Source of the DNA: Dehalococcoidia bacterium | GTDB taxonomy: Bacteria > Chloroflexota > Dehalococcoidia > Lucifugimonadales > UBA3495 | Assembly (NCBI GenBank): GCA_965220505.1 | Contig: CBDCQE010000003.1 | Span: 198,024 to 262,023 of the forward strand | Reading direction: 5' to 3' | DNA: 64,000 nucleotides | In this document: positions 54,714-64,000 of the stretch, piece by piece | Layout of the letters: each line of letters begins with the position of its first letter | How positions within the stretch are numbered: the stretch's first letter is position 1 | Position numbers and translations under genes: made by a program | Notes under the pieces: generated by a model | Databases searched by the model: none | What the model was told of the DNA's origin: nothing | The model's input: only the letters and a program-made list of their open reading frames with translations

Positions 54714-55127
54714 TCATTGCCTGGGAGGCGCAAACGGTCTCTCGATGTATGCGTCTTCCAAGTATAGCGTCGAGATATTTGCGGCGGTTGCCATGGCCTT
54801 GATCAACACAGTGACGTTTTGGGCAAGGAGGCCGCGTTTGCCCAGATCATTGTGCAATTTGGCTAACGCCGCCGTCACCTCGGGAAAACCGGCGAATACA
54901 ATCCACGCTTCATTCAACGCTATGAACGGCTCTCCATCGGTACCACGCAAAGAATCGGTCAAACGGTAGCGATAAGCAAAGAAGCGTCGCAGCACGTCCC
55001 GTCGAGTCTCTATTTCGTCCCTCCTCCACTGCCGATTCTGCAGTCACCAACTCTGCCAAACCGCGATGATCGCGATCGCCGCAGATACGACGGATATCAC
55101 TATCGGCAGCACAGTGGAAACACCCAT
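54714..55127 (-). pseudogene. small TM-anchored protein gene interrupted by an in-frame TGA
   Basis: ATG at 55127 gives MGVSTVLPIVISVVSAAIAIIAVWQSW, then TGA (55044-55046), then the same frame continues LQNRQWRRDEIETRRDVLRRFFAYRYRL...ALNEAWIVFAGFPEVTAALAKLHNDL to the stop at 54714. Lower GC than the surroundings. Confidence 0.45.
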
Positions 55128-55268
55128 AATTTGCCCCTATTGCGTGGGACAAAGTGGTGGAGTTAGTCGCTGCGACGCCGGACCTCATCGCCTGCGCCAT
55201 CGTGGTCCACATAGTGAGCTGTACCCGACAATAGTAGACCCCTGTGCCTCAGCCAAATCCAGACGCAT

Positions 55269-56360
55269 TTAGAAGCACGCGAACCCAACCACCACCGCCC
55301 CCGGCTCCCCTGGCGCGTCGTCCCCCTTCGTAATATCTCGGTCAAACACCCGCGCTGGCGAGTTTCCCGCCACGTCTTCCAGGCGCGGCTCTACCACCAA
55401 CGCGTACTCGCCGGTCTGCCAGGGGGCGTCCGGTGTGAAGCTCCATCTCCACTCACCCAAACCGACCTTACCCACGCCCTCTACGGTACTGCCGTCTCCA
55501 TCCCGTACTGACAGGCAGTGCTGCAACAGCCCGTGGTCCAGCGGCCGGTCGAACTCAACCCGCAAGGCATCCTGCGAGCCGGAGGCCGGAGGGGTCAACC
55601 GCCAGGCGACCGGGTTGATGCGTGACCGTAGAGCCGGCCCGATGCTGTAGGTGCGTTCCGCCCCGGCCCGAAGCGGCTGGCCTGTCGCATCGCGAAACGA
55701 CGGGTCGATGCTGATCCGGACCGTTGTGCCCTCCACCAGCGGGTAGCCCAACTCCAGGTTGGGCACCAGGCCGCGCTTGATGCGGCCGGGATCCAGCAAC
55801 ATGGTCAGGCGTTTGCGCTGGGCATCCCACAGCTCCGGCTCGGGCGGCAGGAAGACGCCTTCCAGCGTTTCGCCGGTGTCTGCGCTACTGACCGTTATGG
55901 CGCGCGCCGCCCAGCCCTCGCTCATCGGGGCGGAGAAGTGCACGTACACCCGCAGCAGGTTGACCGGCAACTCGGCGGCGGTGGGGTATATTGCCACGAC
56001 CTCCGTGGTGGACGCCACCTCCGGCGATGGCCGCACGATCTCCCAGATCTCGGCGCGTTCCGTGTCGCCGGCGGACCCAACCAACAGGGAATAGCGCACC
56101 CCGCCGGCGAAGGGGAAGCGCGGCACGAAGCACATTGACCCGCCTTCGACCACGAACCGGCCGGCGACCGGCGGAACGGTCAGCTTACCGCCCCCTGAAG
56201 TCAGGGCCTCGCTGGGATATACGGCCAGACGCCGGGACAATGCGCCGGCGTCCAGCCCCTCCAACTCGCTTAGTTCCGCCGCGGCCCGGCCGCTGATTTT
56301 CAGGCAGTCGCGTCCCTCGTGCTGCGCCCACTCCAGTTGCAGGTCGCGGCCGTGGGTCAC
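55269..56360 (-). CDS. hypothetical protein (possible Ig-like/beta-sandwich domains)
   Basis: 363-aa ORF with coding-like composition. GTG start overlaps the stop of the upstream gene (GTGA at 56357-56360). Confidence 0.6.
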   Translation of the reverse strand: MTHGRDLQLEWAQHEGRDCLKISGRAAAELSELEGLDAGALSRRLAVYPSEALTSGGGKLTVPPVAGRFVVEGGSMCFVPRFPFAGGVRYSLLVGSAGDTERAEIWEIVRPSPEVASTTEVVAIYPTAAELPVNLLRVYVHFSAPMSEGWAARAITVSSADTGETLEGVFLPPEPELWDAQRKRLTMLLDPGRIKRGLVPNLELGYPLVEGTTVRISIDPSFRDATGQPLRAGAERTYSIGPALRSRINPVAWRLTPPASGSQDALRVEFDRPLDHGLLQHCLSVRDGDGSTVEGVGKVGLGEWRWSFTPDAPWQTGEYALVVEPRLEDVAGNSPARVFDRDITKGDDAPGEPGAVVVGFACF

Positions 56361-57445
56361 AGCGTCGCGGTGGCGTAGGTGCGCAGGTGGCTGCCGTCAT
56401 CGTCCTGCTGGAGCATCACCACGGCGTCACCATTCAGGTTCGCCATGCGCTTCACGCCGGGATGGGGCAGCAACTGGCGCGGCACGCCGACGCCCGGCGT
56501 GACCGGGTCGGCCGGCGAGGCGTCCAGCGAATCATCCGGCACCGTGAGCGGACCCTGCACGTCGATATCCTTGCAGGCGATCTTGAACAGCGGGTGCCGG
56601 TCGTTGCAGACCAGCAGGTACTCGCCGCCGTCATGCTCATAGGAAATGAGGTCAATCGGATGGTTGTGGGAACCCAACTCGGCCACGGTCTTGCCCATGA
56701 CGTGCTTTTCGGTGTCGAAATCGGCCAGGGTGAACTGCACCACGGGCGTGCAGGTGTAGCTGGCCAGGATGCTGGTGTTGTCCTGGTAGGGCACGAAGGC
56801 GCGGATTGGCGCCGCCGTCTCGTACACGCCATGGGAAACGTGGAATATCTCCAGCGAGTTGGACTTGGCCTCGCCATTGAACGGGAAGGGGATCCGCCGC
56901 AGGGTGGACGTGAACTCCTCGTTGGAGGTGCCGGCCACGATGAGCAGGCCGTCAACGTAGGACATGTCCGTCACCGTCACCGTGCGCAACTGCATTCGTG
57001 TGACCAGGCGGGGGTCGTCCGCGTCGGCGGCATCCGTGATGTCGTACTGCGAAAAAGCCACGTCCTCCAGCGCCACGTCGCCGATGGAGCCGTCGCCGGA
57101 CACCCTGATTATCACCGGTACCGCGTCGTCGCCGCTGCCCCGCAAGACGGAACAGTACACGTTGCTCGAGGTCGGGTGCACCGCGATGTCCCGTATGGTC
57201 ACATCCTCCCGGGAGCAACCCAGGTACGACGCCAGGGATGCATCGAAGTTGTCGAGGTTCACGTCCTGCGGTTCGCCGTTGTCAGTGTCGCCGACATCAA
57301 TGGCGAAAATCGACGCGCCCACGTTGTCGGCGGCGAACAGCAAACCCTCGGGACCGAAGGCCAGCGGGCCCACCGATTTGATCGCCGGCGTGCCGACGTT
57401 CAGGCCGAATTTTTCCAGATCTGTAGCGGATTCGAGACCAACCAT
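56357..57445 (-). CDS. hypothetical protein (possibly beta-propeller-like)
   Basis: 362-aa ORF, first gene of a two-gene unit. No motif recognised. Confidence 0.6.
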   Translation of the reverse strand: MVGLESATDLEKFGLNVGTPAIKSVGPLAFGPEGLLFAADNVGASIFAIDVGDTDNGEPQDVNLDNFDASLASYLGCSREDVTIRDIAVHPTSSNVYCSVLRGSGDDAVPVIIRVSGDGSIGDVALEDVAFSQYDITDAADADDPRLVTRMQLRTVTVTDMSYVDGLLIVAGTSNEEFTSTLRRIPFPFNGEAKSNSLEIFHVSHGVYETAAPIRAFVPYQDNTSILASYTCTPVVQFTLADFDTEKHVMGKTVAELGSHNHPIDLISYEHDGGEYLLVCNDRHPLFKIACKDIDVQGPLTVPDDSLDASPADPVTPGVGVPRQLLPHPGVKRMANLNGDAVVMLQQDDDGSHLRTYATATL

Positions 57446-57609
57446 GTCAACCTCCTACGCTATGCGGCTCGTATTTTCAGCGAGTGTAGCATTCGTTCCC
57501 CTGCACCGCCACCGACGGACAGAAATCGTCGGGATTTTGCTATACTCTCGCCGTTCGCCGACACCAATCAAGCTACAGCGCCGGCACAACGTCGGGAGGG
57601 GATGTTGCA

Positions 57610-57978
57610 ATGACTACCGAACGTCGCAGAGGAACCGTCACTCTACGCCAGGTCAGCGGCTCGGCCCGATCGAAAAAGGTCAGGGTGGAGCTGGGCGAGG
57701 AGTCCGCTTTCACCGATCTCCCTGCCCCGGTGAAGGTGGGCGATGCCAATTATTTCCTGGTGCGCGGCCGCGACGGTTACAAGCTGCTGTCCACCATATG
57801 CCCGCACCAGGGCGGCGAGATCGAGGACGAGGGCGACGAGTTGTTCGTCTGCGACGGCCACGGCTGGCAGTACGAAAAGGGCGAGGGCACCTGCGTCAAC
57901 CGCCCCGATTTCCGCATGAAGGCGTTTCTGGTTACCCAGCAGGAAGGCCGGCTGGTGGCACTGGTCCCTGACGAATAG
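57610..57978 (+). CDS. Rieske (2Fe-2S) domain protein
   Basis: CPHQGGEI...(17 residues)...CDGHGWQY is the CxH...CxxH Rieske ligand pattern. RBS GGGAGGGG upstream. Confidence 0.8.
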   Translation: MTTERRRGTVTLRQVSGSARSKKVRVELGEESAFTDLPAPVKVGDANYFLVRGRDGYKLLSTICPHQGGEIEDEGDELFVCDGHGWQYEKGEGTCVNRPDFRMKAFLVTQQEGRLVALVPDE

Positions 57979-58061
57979 GCCGCTCGGCCATCGGAATGAA
58001 ACCGGCCCCGGAGCGTGAAGCCCCGGGGCCGTTGCTTTGCAGCGTCGTGATCCTGGTACGC

Positions 58062-59738
58062 CTATCCGACCATGTCGTAGCTGCGCAGCAGCTTGCCGGG
58101 CAGCGCGTTGGTGCACTCGTTCTCCACGAACGTCACCACGCCGTTGACCAGGATGTAGCGGATGCCGGTGGGCTTCTGCACCAGCCGCTTCTCGCCGCCG
58201 GGGAAGTCGGTCTCGAAGCGCGGCTTGTCGTACAGCAGTCCCAGCTCTTCCATGTTGTAGATCATGACGTCCGCGTAGTCGCCGACGCGGAGGGTGCCGC
58301 GCCCCTTCATGTCGGAGAACCAGGCGGGCAACGCGCTCATCTTCTGGTGGGCTTCTTCCAGGCTCATCAGCTCGTTGTCGCGGATCCAGTGGCCCAGGAA
58401 GTACACCGGCCACACGCTGTTGACCAGGAACCGCGTGTGCGCGCCGCCGTCCGACACCGAGATGTGGACGTACGGGTTGACCAGCCGCTCGGCCCGCGCG
58501 TCGTCGCCCTGCCCGCCGGCGGGATGGGCGAACTCGGTCTCGAGGTCCTCGTCCAGGGCGATGTCCAGGAACACGTCCAGCGGGTGCTTGCCCTCGGCCT
58601 CGGCGATGTCGGCGATGGACAGGCCCTCGTACTTGAGGTTCCGCTCCAGCGCGACCTCGACCACCTGTACCTGCGTCCAGTCGGTGCGCGCGTGGGGCCG
58701 CTCGATGACGTCGCGTTTCATGCCCGAGCGGATGCCGTCCTCAGAGAGCTTGGCGATGCGCTCCTCCTTGGTGCCCACCAGCGGCTGCACCCAGTTGGGC
58801 ATGTAGTCGAACAGGTTGTACTCGGAGAGCTTGAACTCGGCGATGGTCGGCACCGAGCCTTGCTGCGCCAGCACGGGCAGCCCTTCCTGCCGGACCTCCT
58901 CCAGCCAGTCGTAGCCCTCCTCGTCGCCCAGCGCGACGTGCAGCGGGCGGCCGCTCATGCGCACCATCTCCGCCAGCATCTCCCGCTGGCCGGGACGGTC
59001 GTCGGAGATGCCGATGGTCCAGCCCAGGTGGCCCACGCCGAACTGGCTTAGGACCTGGGACAGGGCGTAGAACTCCTCGGGCGATGCCACGTGGCTGGGC
59101 AGCCAACTGCCGTCCTCGGGCCGGTCCTCCAGGTTCTTGTCGGCGGACAGTCCGAACGCCCCCGCCTTCATGGAGTCGTACAGGATCTGCTTCATCTGGT
59201 TCAGCTCGGCCTCGGTGACCGAGGTGCGCTCCCGCGCCGGGATCATGCCCAGCACGTAGCCCCGCAGCGGGGAGAAGGGCACCAGCGCGCCGACGTTCAC
59301 CCCCAGGCCCTGGCGGTCCAGGCTGTCCATGTATTCGGGGAAGGTCTCCCAGTCCCAGCGCATCCCCAGCCGCATGGACTCCAGCGGTATCGCCTCGATG
59401 CGGTTCATCATGCGCATGTTGAGGTCCCGGTCCTCGGGCCGGGTCGGCGCGAACCCGAAGCCGCACTGCCCCACCGTCAGTGAGGTCACGCCGAACCATC
59501 CCGACAGCGACGCGTAGGGGTCCCAGTTCAGCTGCGCGTCGTAGTGCGTGTGCAGGTCCACGGCCCCCGGCGCGACGATGCACCCGCTGGCGTCCAGCTC
59601 TTTGGCGCCGGCCGAGCTGATGCGCCCGCTGATCATGGCCACCCGCCCGTCCTTGATGCCGACGTCGGCGCGGATGCGGGGCAGGCCGGTGCCGTCGATT
59701 ACGGTTCCACCGCGAATTACCAAGTCAAACTCCGGCAT
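58062..59738 (-). CDS. N-acyl-D-amino-acid deacylase (D-aminoacylase) family amidohydrolase
   Basis: FDLVIRGGTVIDGTGLPRIRADVGIKDGRVAMI...APGAVDLHTHYD, and later SVSDGGAHTRF. Confidence 0.85.
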   Translation of the reverse strand: MPEFDLVIRGGTVIDGTGLPRIRADVGIKDGRVAMISGRISSAGAKELDASGCIVAPGAVDLHTHYDAQLNWDPYASLSGWFGVTSLTVGQCGFGFAPTRPEDRDLNMRMMNRIEAIPLESMRLGMRWDWETFPEYMDSLDRQGLGVNVGALVPFSPLRGYVLGMIPARERTSVTEAELNQMKQILYDSMKAGAFGLSADKNLEDRPEDGSWLPSHVASPEEFYALSQVLSQFGVGHLGWTIGISDDRPGQREMLAEMVRMSGRPLHVALGDEEGYDWLEEVRQEGLPVLAQQGSVPTIAEFKLSEYNLFDYMPNWVQPLVGTKEERIAKLSEDGIRSGMKRDVIERPHARTDWTQVQVVEVALERNLKYEGLSIADIAEAEGKHPLDVFLDIALDEDLETEFAHPAGGQGDDARAERLVNPYVHISVSDGGAHTRFLVNSVWPVYFLGHWIRDNELMSLEEAHQKMSALPAWFSDMKGRGTLRVGDYADVMIYNMEELGLLYDKPRFETDFPGGEKRLVQKPTGIRYILVNGVVTFVENECTNALPGKLLRSYDMVG

Positions 59739-59979
59739 AACGTTTCCTCCCGATAGCGGCGTGCTGTGAATTCAATCTGCCCCGCCTGACGACAAGAGCA
59801 ACTTGCGATGGCCGGAGTGTAAATACGCTGTATTCCAATGTCAAATAATGGCTGAATTCGGCAATCGTTAAGGCAGTAATGGCTCAATTTCGTCCATACT
59901 AATCCCGCAGCGCGTCGCACCGGCCGCCCGGCCAACCTGATACCATGCGCGCCACCACATCGTGAGGAGCGCGCTCCAG

Positions 59980-60864
59980 ATGGCAGACCACCTAATCTCC
60001 GCCGCCGATCCCCATCCCCGACGCCGGGTGCCGGCCCTGGACGTGGAGCTGTCCACCGTTGATACCGGGCAGGGCGACCCGGTGGTGTTTCTGCACGGCA
60101 ACCCCACCTCGTCCTATCTGTGGCGCAACGTCATCCCCCACGTGGCCGGCAGGGCCCGCTGCCTGGCTCCCGACCTGCCGGGCATGGGCGAGTCGGACCG
60201 CGCTCCGGACGGCTCCTACCGCTTCGTGGACCACGCCCGCTACCTGGACGCGTGGTTCGATGCCCTGGGCCTGACCGAGAACGTCACCCTGGTGTGCCAC
60301 GACTGGGGTTCGGCCCTGGCGTTCCACTGGGCCAATCGACACCGGGAGCGGGTCAAGGGAATCGCCTACATGGAGGCCATCGTGCGGCCCCTGGCGTGGG
60401 AGGAGTGGCCCGAGCGTTCCCGCGGGCTGTTCCAGTCCATGCGCTCACTGGACGGCGAGCAGATCATCCTGGAGCGCAACGTGTTCGTCGAGCGCATCCT
60501 GCCGGCCAGCGTGATCCGCGGCCTGACCGAGGACGAGATGGAGGTCTACCGCCGTCCCTACGTCGAGCCCGGCGAGTCGCGCCGGCCGACCCTCACCTGG
60601 CCTCGCCAGATCCCCCTGGACGGCGAGCCCGCCGACGTGGTGGCAATCGTCGACGACTACTCCCAATGGCTGTCCACCAGCAACGTCCCCAAGCTATTCA
60701 TCAACGCCGACCCGGGCACCATCCTCATCGGCGCCCAACGCGAGCACTGCCGCGCCTGGCCCAACCAGACCCAGGTCACCGTCCCCGGCTACCACTTCAT
60801 CCAGGAAGACTCCCCCGCGGAAATCGGCCACGCCATCGCAGACTGGTTGGCCGCGCTGGGGTAG
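59980..60864 (+). CDS. haloalkane dehalogenase (HLD-II, DhaA-like)
   Basis: DPVVFLHGNPTSSYLWRNVIPH, VCHDWGSALAFHWA (nucleophile Asp), and a C-terminal PGYHFIQEDSP (catalytic His). ATG at 59980 follows GAGGAG. Confidence 0.9.
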   Translation: MADHLISAADPHPRRRVPALDVELSTVDTGQGDPVVFLHGNPTSSYLWRNVIPHVAGRARCLAPDLPGMGESDRAPDGSYRFVDHARYLDAWFDALGLTENVTLVCHDWGSALAFHWANRHRERVKGIAYMEAIVRPLAWEEWPERSRGLFQSMRSLDGEQIILERNVFVERILPASVIRGLTEDEMEVYRRPYVEPGESRRPTLTWPRQIPLDGEPADVVAIVDDYSQWLSTSNVPKLFINADPGTILIGAQREHCRAWPNQTQVTVPGYHFIQEDSPAEIGHAIADWLAALG

Positions 60865-60882
60865 TGGCGTTGTCAGGTCCGT

Positions 60883-62034
60883 TCAGAAGAGGGCATACCC
60901 CGGCCGCTGCCGCAGCACAGCGCGACCTCCGGCCACGCGGTCCAGGCTGCTCATGGGCTTGCGCCGGTTTTGACGCAGCGGAGCGCTCACCGCGTGCAGA
61001 TAGCTCAGTATCTCGCCATTGGACCGCCAGAAACCCGTCTCGTGATAGGGAACCCCGTGGTCGGCGCAGAACGACTTGATCACGGGCTGTGCATCCTTCA
61101 GCCGGTTGCGAGGCATGTTGGGGAAGAGGTGGTGCTCAATCTGGTAGTTCAACCCGCCGTACATGTAATCGACGACAGGGTTGGGAATGACGTTCCGGGA
61201 TGTCAGCACCTGCTGCCGCAGGTGATCGAGCTCGGTATCGGGTCCCAGGATCGGCATTCCCTTGTGATTGGGAGCAAACACTGAGCCCAGGTGCAATCCG
61301 GTCAGAGATCGATGGACTACGATGAACAGGACCCCGTGCCAGAAGGGCAAGAATGCGAAAACCAGGGCCAGATAGGCCGCAATCGCGGTTGCCACGACGA
61401 TGGGTTCCAGGACCGGATGCTTCAGCCCCTTCGGCCGCGCCAGGAAGACGATGCCCGCGAACAGCAGACTGTACGACGTGAACATGAGCATCGGATAGAA
61501 CCAGAAGGCTTGATGGCGGACGAAGAACCGCGCAACTCCCCACGACTCCAGAGCCTGCCCGCGGGTGAAAGCAAAAACCGAAACCTCGATGTCGCCATCA
61601 TGCCCGATCTGGTTAGGGCTGACGTGATGCTTGATGTGCTTTTCTTGCCACCAACTGGGCGCCATACCCGTGACCAGCGCCGCCAGCATCATGAGCATGT
61701 CGTTACGCTTCACCGACCGGAAGACCTGACGGTGTCCGGAGTCGTGCCCCAGGAAGGCGAACTGGCCGAACGCGATTGCCATCAGCCCCGCGTTCAGCAT
61801 CTGCACCCACAAGCTGTCAACAACGACCAGTATGACCGCACTGGCGATGAGAAGCGCGAATGCGACTGCTACCTTGACCGCGTAATAAGCGTATTGCCGA
61901 TCCAGGAGCCCGTGCTCCAATATCAAACGCCGTAGCTTGAAATATTCCTCGTTGCGTTGCCGTCTATCCAAAATGCCCGCCGTGGCGTCTGCGAGTACCC
62001 GGTTGCCTGCTGGTTCGCTGTGCGGCGGGCCCAC
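60883..62034 (-). CDS. membrane fatty-acid desaturase
   Basis: Three His boxes: HDSGHRQ, HIKHHVSPN and QIEHHLFP. Confidence 0.9.
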   Translation of the reverse strand: MGPPHSEPAGNRVLADATAGILDRRQRNEEYFKLRRLILEHGLLDRQYAYYAVKVAVAFALLIASAVILVVVDSLWVQMLNAGLMAIAFGQFAFLGHDSGHRQVFRSVKRNDMLMMLAALVTGMAPSWWQEKHIKHHVSPNQIGHDGDIEVSVFAFTRGQALESWGVARFFVRHQAFWFYPMLMFTSYSLLFAGIVFLARPKGLKHPVLEPIVVATAIAAYLALVFAFLPFWHGVLFIVVHRSLTGLHLGSVFAPNHKGMPILGPDTELDHLRQQVLTSRNVIPNPVVDYMYGGLNYQIEHHLFPNMPRNRLKDAQPVIKSFCADHGVPYHETGFWRSNGEILSYLHAVSAPLRQNRRKPMSSLDRVAGGRAVLRQRPGYALF

Positions 62035-62199
62035 CGTATCGTTGGCGATAATCCTTCTCTCTTTATCTGCTGCTGCGGAGTGGTCGAAATCTCGTATCCA
62101 GATACGCAGTGTGAAAATGTGGCGCCAGTATACCCCCGTGGTTCGCGCGGTGCCAGCAGCGGTCGCGCCTGATGAGTGCCCCGCTTGCGGCGCGGGAAC

Positions 62200-62309
62200 G
62201 TCAGAAGCAGGATTTGCGGGATTTTATGATTTGGCAGGATTGGGAGAGATCCATCACAGAACGGTACCAATCCTGATAATCACCAAATCTTGAAAATCAT
62301 GGTTCTGAC
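62200..62309. repeat. 110-bp palindromic MITE-like repeat, copy C
   Basis: gtcagaagcaggatttgcgggattttatgatttggcaggattgggag...ccaatcctgataatcaccaaatcttgaaaatcatggttctgac. Lies in the divergent intergenic region between the desaturase and the helicase. Confidence 0.9.
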
Positions 62310-62498
62310 GATTTACGGAACTGCGTACGCACGAGACCACAGCGACGCTGACCACGGTGGGACGCTGTTACAATGGACATGTCCGATAAATTGCATTGAT
62401 GGTTTTTGCGGCAACGAACTTCATCATAATGCACGGTTTTGCTCGGCGCGGGGCGCCGCCCATTCTTTTCCTGTCGAGACCAAGGAGTCTTTCTCTAC

Positions 62499-63974
62499 AT
62501 GCCATTTCAACCCCGTCAGACTGGTACACACTCCAATAATCGCAAACATAACAGCAGCGCACAGATCAACCGACCACAGCGGCACGCCGCCGTTTGCGCG
62601 GACTGCCGAGACGACACCACCGTTCCTTTCCGGCCGACAGAGGGTCGGCCTGTTTATTGTCCCTCCTGCCTGTACCTGCGGCGCAACGGCGTCGCTTCTT
62701 CCCGTCCTGCGGAGGGTCGCAAGTCGGCATCTCTGGTGGCCTCCGCCGGTGAAAGCCGGTCTGAAGCCGCTGCACGCGAAGCCGTCTTTCCCGGCATGGT
62801 GCTGAATCCCGGGACCAGGACCGCCATCGCGGGCATGAACATCTCCGATCCCACGCCGATACAGGAACAGTCGATCCCGCCGTTGTTGGAAGGCCGCGAT
62901 CTCATTGGCCAGGCCCGCACCGGATCCGGCAAAACCCTGGCCTTTGCGGTCCCGTTGGTGGAACAATGCGACGCCACCGCCAGGCAGGTGCAGGCGCTGG
63001 TCCTGGTGCCGACCCGCGAGTTGGCCATCCAGGTGGGCGGCGTGGTAGAGGACCTCTCCCGACCGCAGGGCCTGCACGTCACCCTGTTGTACGGTGGGCG
63101 GTCGGTGGGCAAGGACCACCGGGCGTTGCAGCAGGGCGCGCAGATCATCATCGGCACCCCGGGCCGCACATTGGATCACGTCCGGCAGGGCAGCCTGAAG
63201 CTGAGATCGGTGCGATTCCTGGTGCTGGACGAAGCTGACGAGATGCTCGATAGGGGTTTCGCCCGCGACGTCGACGCCATTTTAAGCGAGACGCCGACGC
63301 AGCGGCAGACTGCGCTATTCTCGGCCACCGTGCCGGACTGGGTGGCGAAGACCGCCAGAAAACACCTCCATGATCCGGTCACCGTGGCAGTGGACGCCGA
63401 TTTGGAAACCCTGCCCAGCGTGGAACACCTGGTTTACAGCATCCAGAAGACCGACAAGATGGAGGCGCTGCGCCTCCTGCTGGATCGCCGGGACGGGGCG
63501 CCGGTCCTTGTGTTCGGGAAGACCAAGCACGGCGTTAAGAGACTGGCCAGACAACTGGATGAGGCAGGTTACCCGGTGGGCGCCCTGCAGGGCAATCTCA
63601 GCCAGGTCGCCCGCGAGCGGGTGATGCAGGACTTCCGCTCGGGGGTCGCGCCAATCCTCGTTGCCACCAACGTGGCGGCGCGCGGCCTGGACGTCGAGGG
63701 CATCGGACAGGTCATCAACTACGATCTCCCCGACTCGGAGCAGCTGTTCACCCACCGGGTGGGCCGCACCGGCCGCATGGGCCGCGCCGGCGAGGCCATC
63801 ACGTTCATCACGCCGGACGAAGACCGCAAGTGGCGCGAGATCGAGCGTGGCCTGGGTCGCCAGTTCACCCGCAAATCATGGACGCGGGAGCAGCGGTCAG
63901 CCAAGCGCCGCCGGAGGTCGGAGACCGAACGAGAAGTCGAGGCCAACGCGGTGCGGGTCAGGCCGGCCCGGTAG
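62499..63974 (+). CDS. DEAD-box ATP-dependent RNA helicase with N-terminal CxxC...CxxC zinc ribbon
   Basis: AQTGSGKT-type ARTGSGKTLAF, VLDEADEML, SAT and HRVGRTGRMG motifs. The N-terminal extension is CADCRDDTTVPFRPTEGRPVYCPSC. ATG at 62499 follows AAGGAG. Confidence 0.9.
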   Translation: MPFQPRQTGTHSNNRKHNSSAQINRPQRHAAVCADCRDDTTVPFRPTEGRPVYCPSCLYLRRNGVASSRPAEGRKSASLVASAGESRSEAAAREAVFPGMVLNPGTRTAIAGMNISDPTPIQEQSIPPLLEGRDLIGQARTGSGKTLAFAVPLVEQCDATARQVQALVLVPTRELAIQVGGVVEDLSRPQGLHVTLLYGGRSVGKDHRALQQGAQIIIGTPGRTLDHVRQGSLKLRSVRFLVLDEADEMLDRGFARDVDAILSETPTQRQTALFSATVPDWVAKTARKHLHDPVTVAVDADLETLPSVEHLVYSIQKTDKMEALRLLLDRRDGAPVLVFGKTKHGVKRLARQLDEAGYPVGALQGNLSQVARERVMQDFRSGVAPILVATNVAARGLDVEGIGQVINYDLPDSEQLFTHRVGRTGRMGRAGEAITFITPDEDRKWREIERGLGRQFTRKSWTREQRSAKRRRRSETEREVEANAVRVRPAR

Positions 63975-64000
63975 CCTGTACCTACGGTCTGTTTCGCCCG

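Noticed and set aside
54503-54733. 76-aa minus-strand ORF downstream of the interrupted TM-protein gene.
   Set aside because: No recognisable motif, it overlaps the upstream ORF by 20 nt, and its C-terminal half runs into GC-rich sequence. There is not enough evidence to call it a gene, though it cannot be excluded.
55044-55046. In-frame TGA considered as selenocysteine or genome-wide TGA reassignment.
   Set aside because: Other confident genes here terminate at TGA (for example PolX at 39278-39280 and hicB at 51950-51952). The only nearby hairpin (ctgc-agaatcg-gcag) is a 4-bp stem, unlike a bacterial SECIS. There is no redox-motif context around the TGA.

Overview
This is a high-GC bacterial chromosomal segment (roughly 60-65% GC by eye). 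The gene content and repeat families are reminiscent of Chloroflexota-like environmental bacteria, but that is inference only. All functional calls come from motif recognition in the supplied translations; no searches were run.

The backbone is housekeeping and metabolic: pth (partial), nudC, an SBP56/methanethiol-oxidase-like gene, a crotonase / CoA-transferase / SDR cluster, an amidase, rpsA, PolX, aconitase, ferredoxin, Lrp, glnA, amt, a D-aminoacylase, a haloalkane dehalogenase, a desaturase and a DEAD-box helicase.

Several visibly lower-GC accessory islets interrupt this backbone:
1. A single-gene retron-type reverse transcriptase fused to a C-terminal Mrr/PD-(D/E)xK nuclease domain (13005-14573). 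It is preceded by a TATAAT box and a 19-bp imperfect inverted repeat that looks like retron a1/a2. This is my top candidate for a novel defence system.
2. A DUF262/DUF1524 (GmrSD-like) gene lying upstream of nudC and a CHC2-zinc-finger protein of unknown function.
3. A membrane-anchored protein carrying six near-perfect 33-bp (11-aa) tandem repeats, sitting inside the CoA-transferase/crotonase cluster.
4. A ~10.7-kb segment bounded by tRNA-Phe and a 22-bp direct copy of the tRNA 3' end. It contains a decayed IS1380 element, a helicase fragment and a 1550-aa propeller/cadherin surface protein.
5. Toxin-antitoxin-like small modules: a small protein plus retropepsin-like protease, and hicBA inserted between amt and glnA.

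There are also three repeat families:
- a 110-bp palindromic MITE-like element (three copies);
- ~30-bp inverted repeats bracketing a GxxExxY gene;
- palindromic terminators of the form aggggcgaa...ttcgcccct.

No rRNA genes or CRISPR arrays were seen. Many long ORFs in the track are antisense or alternate-frame shadows of real genes, as expected at this GC content.
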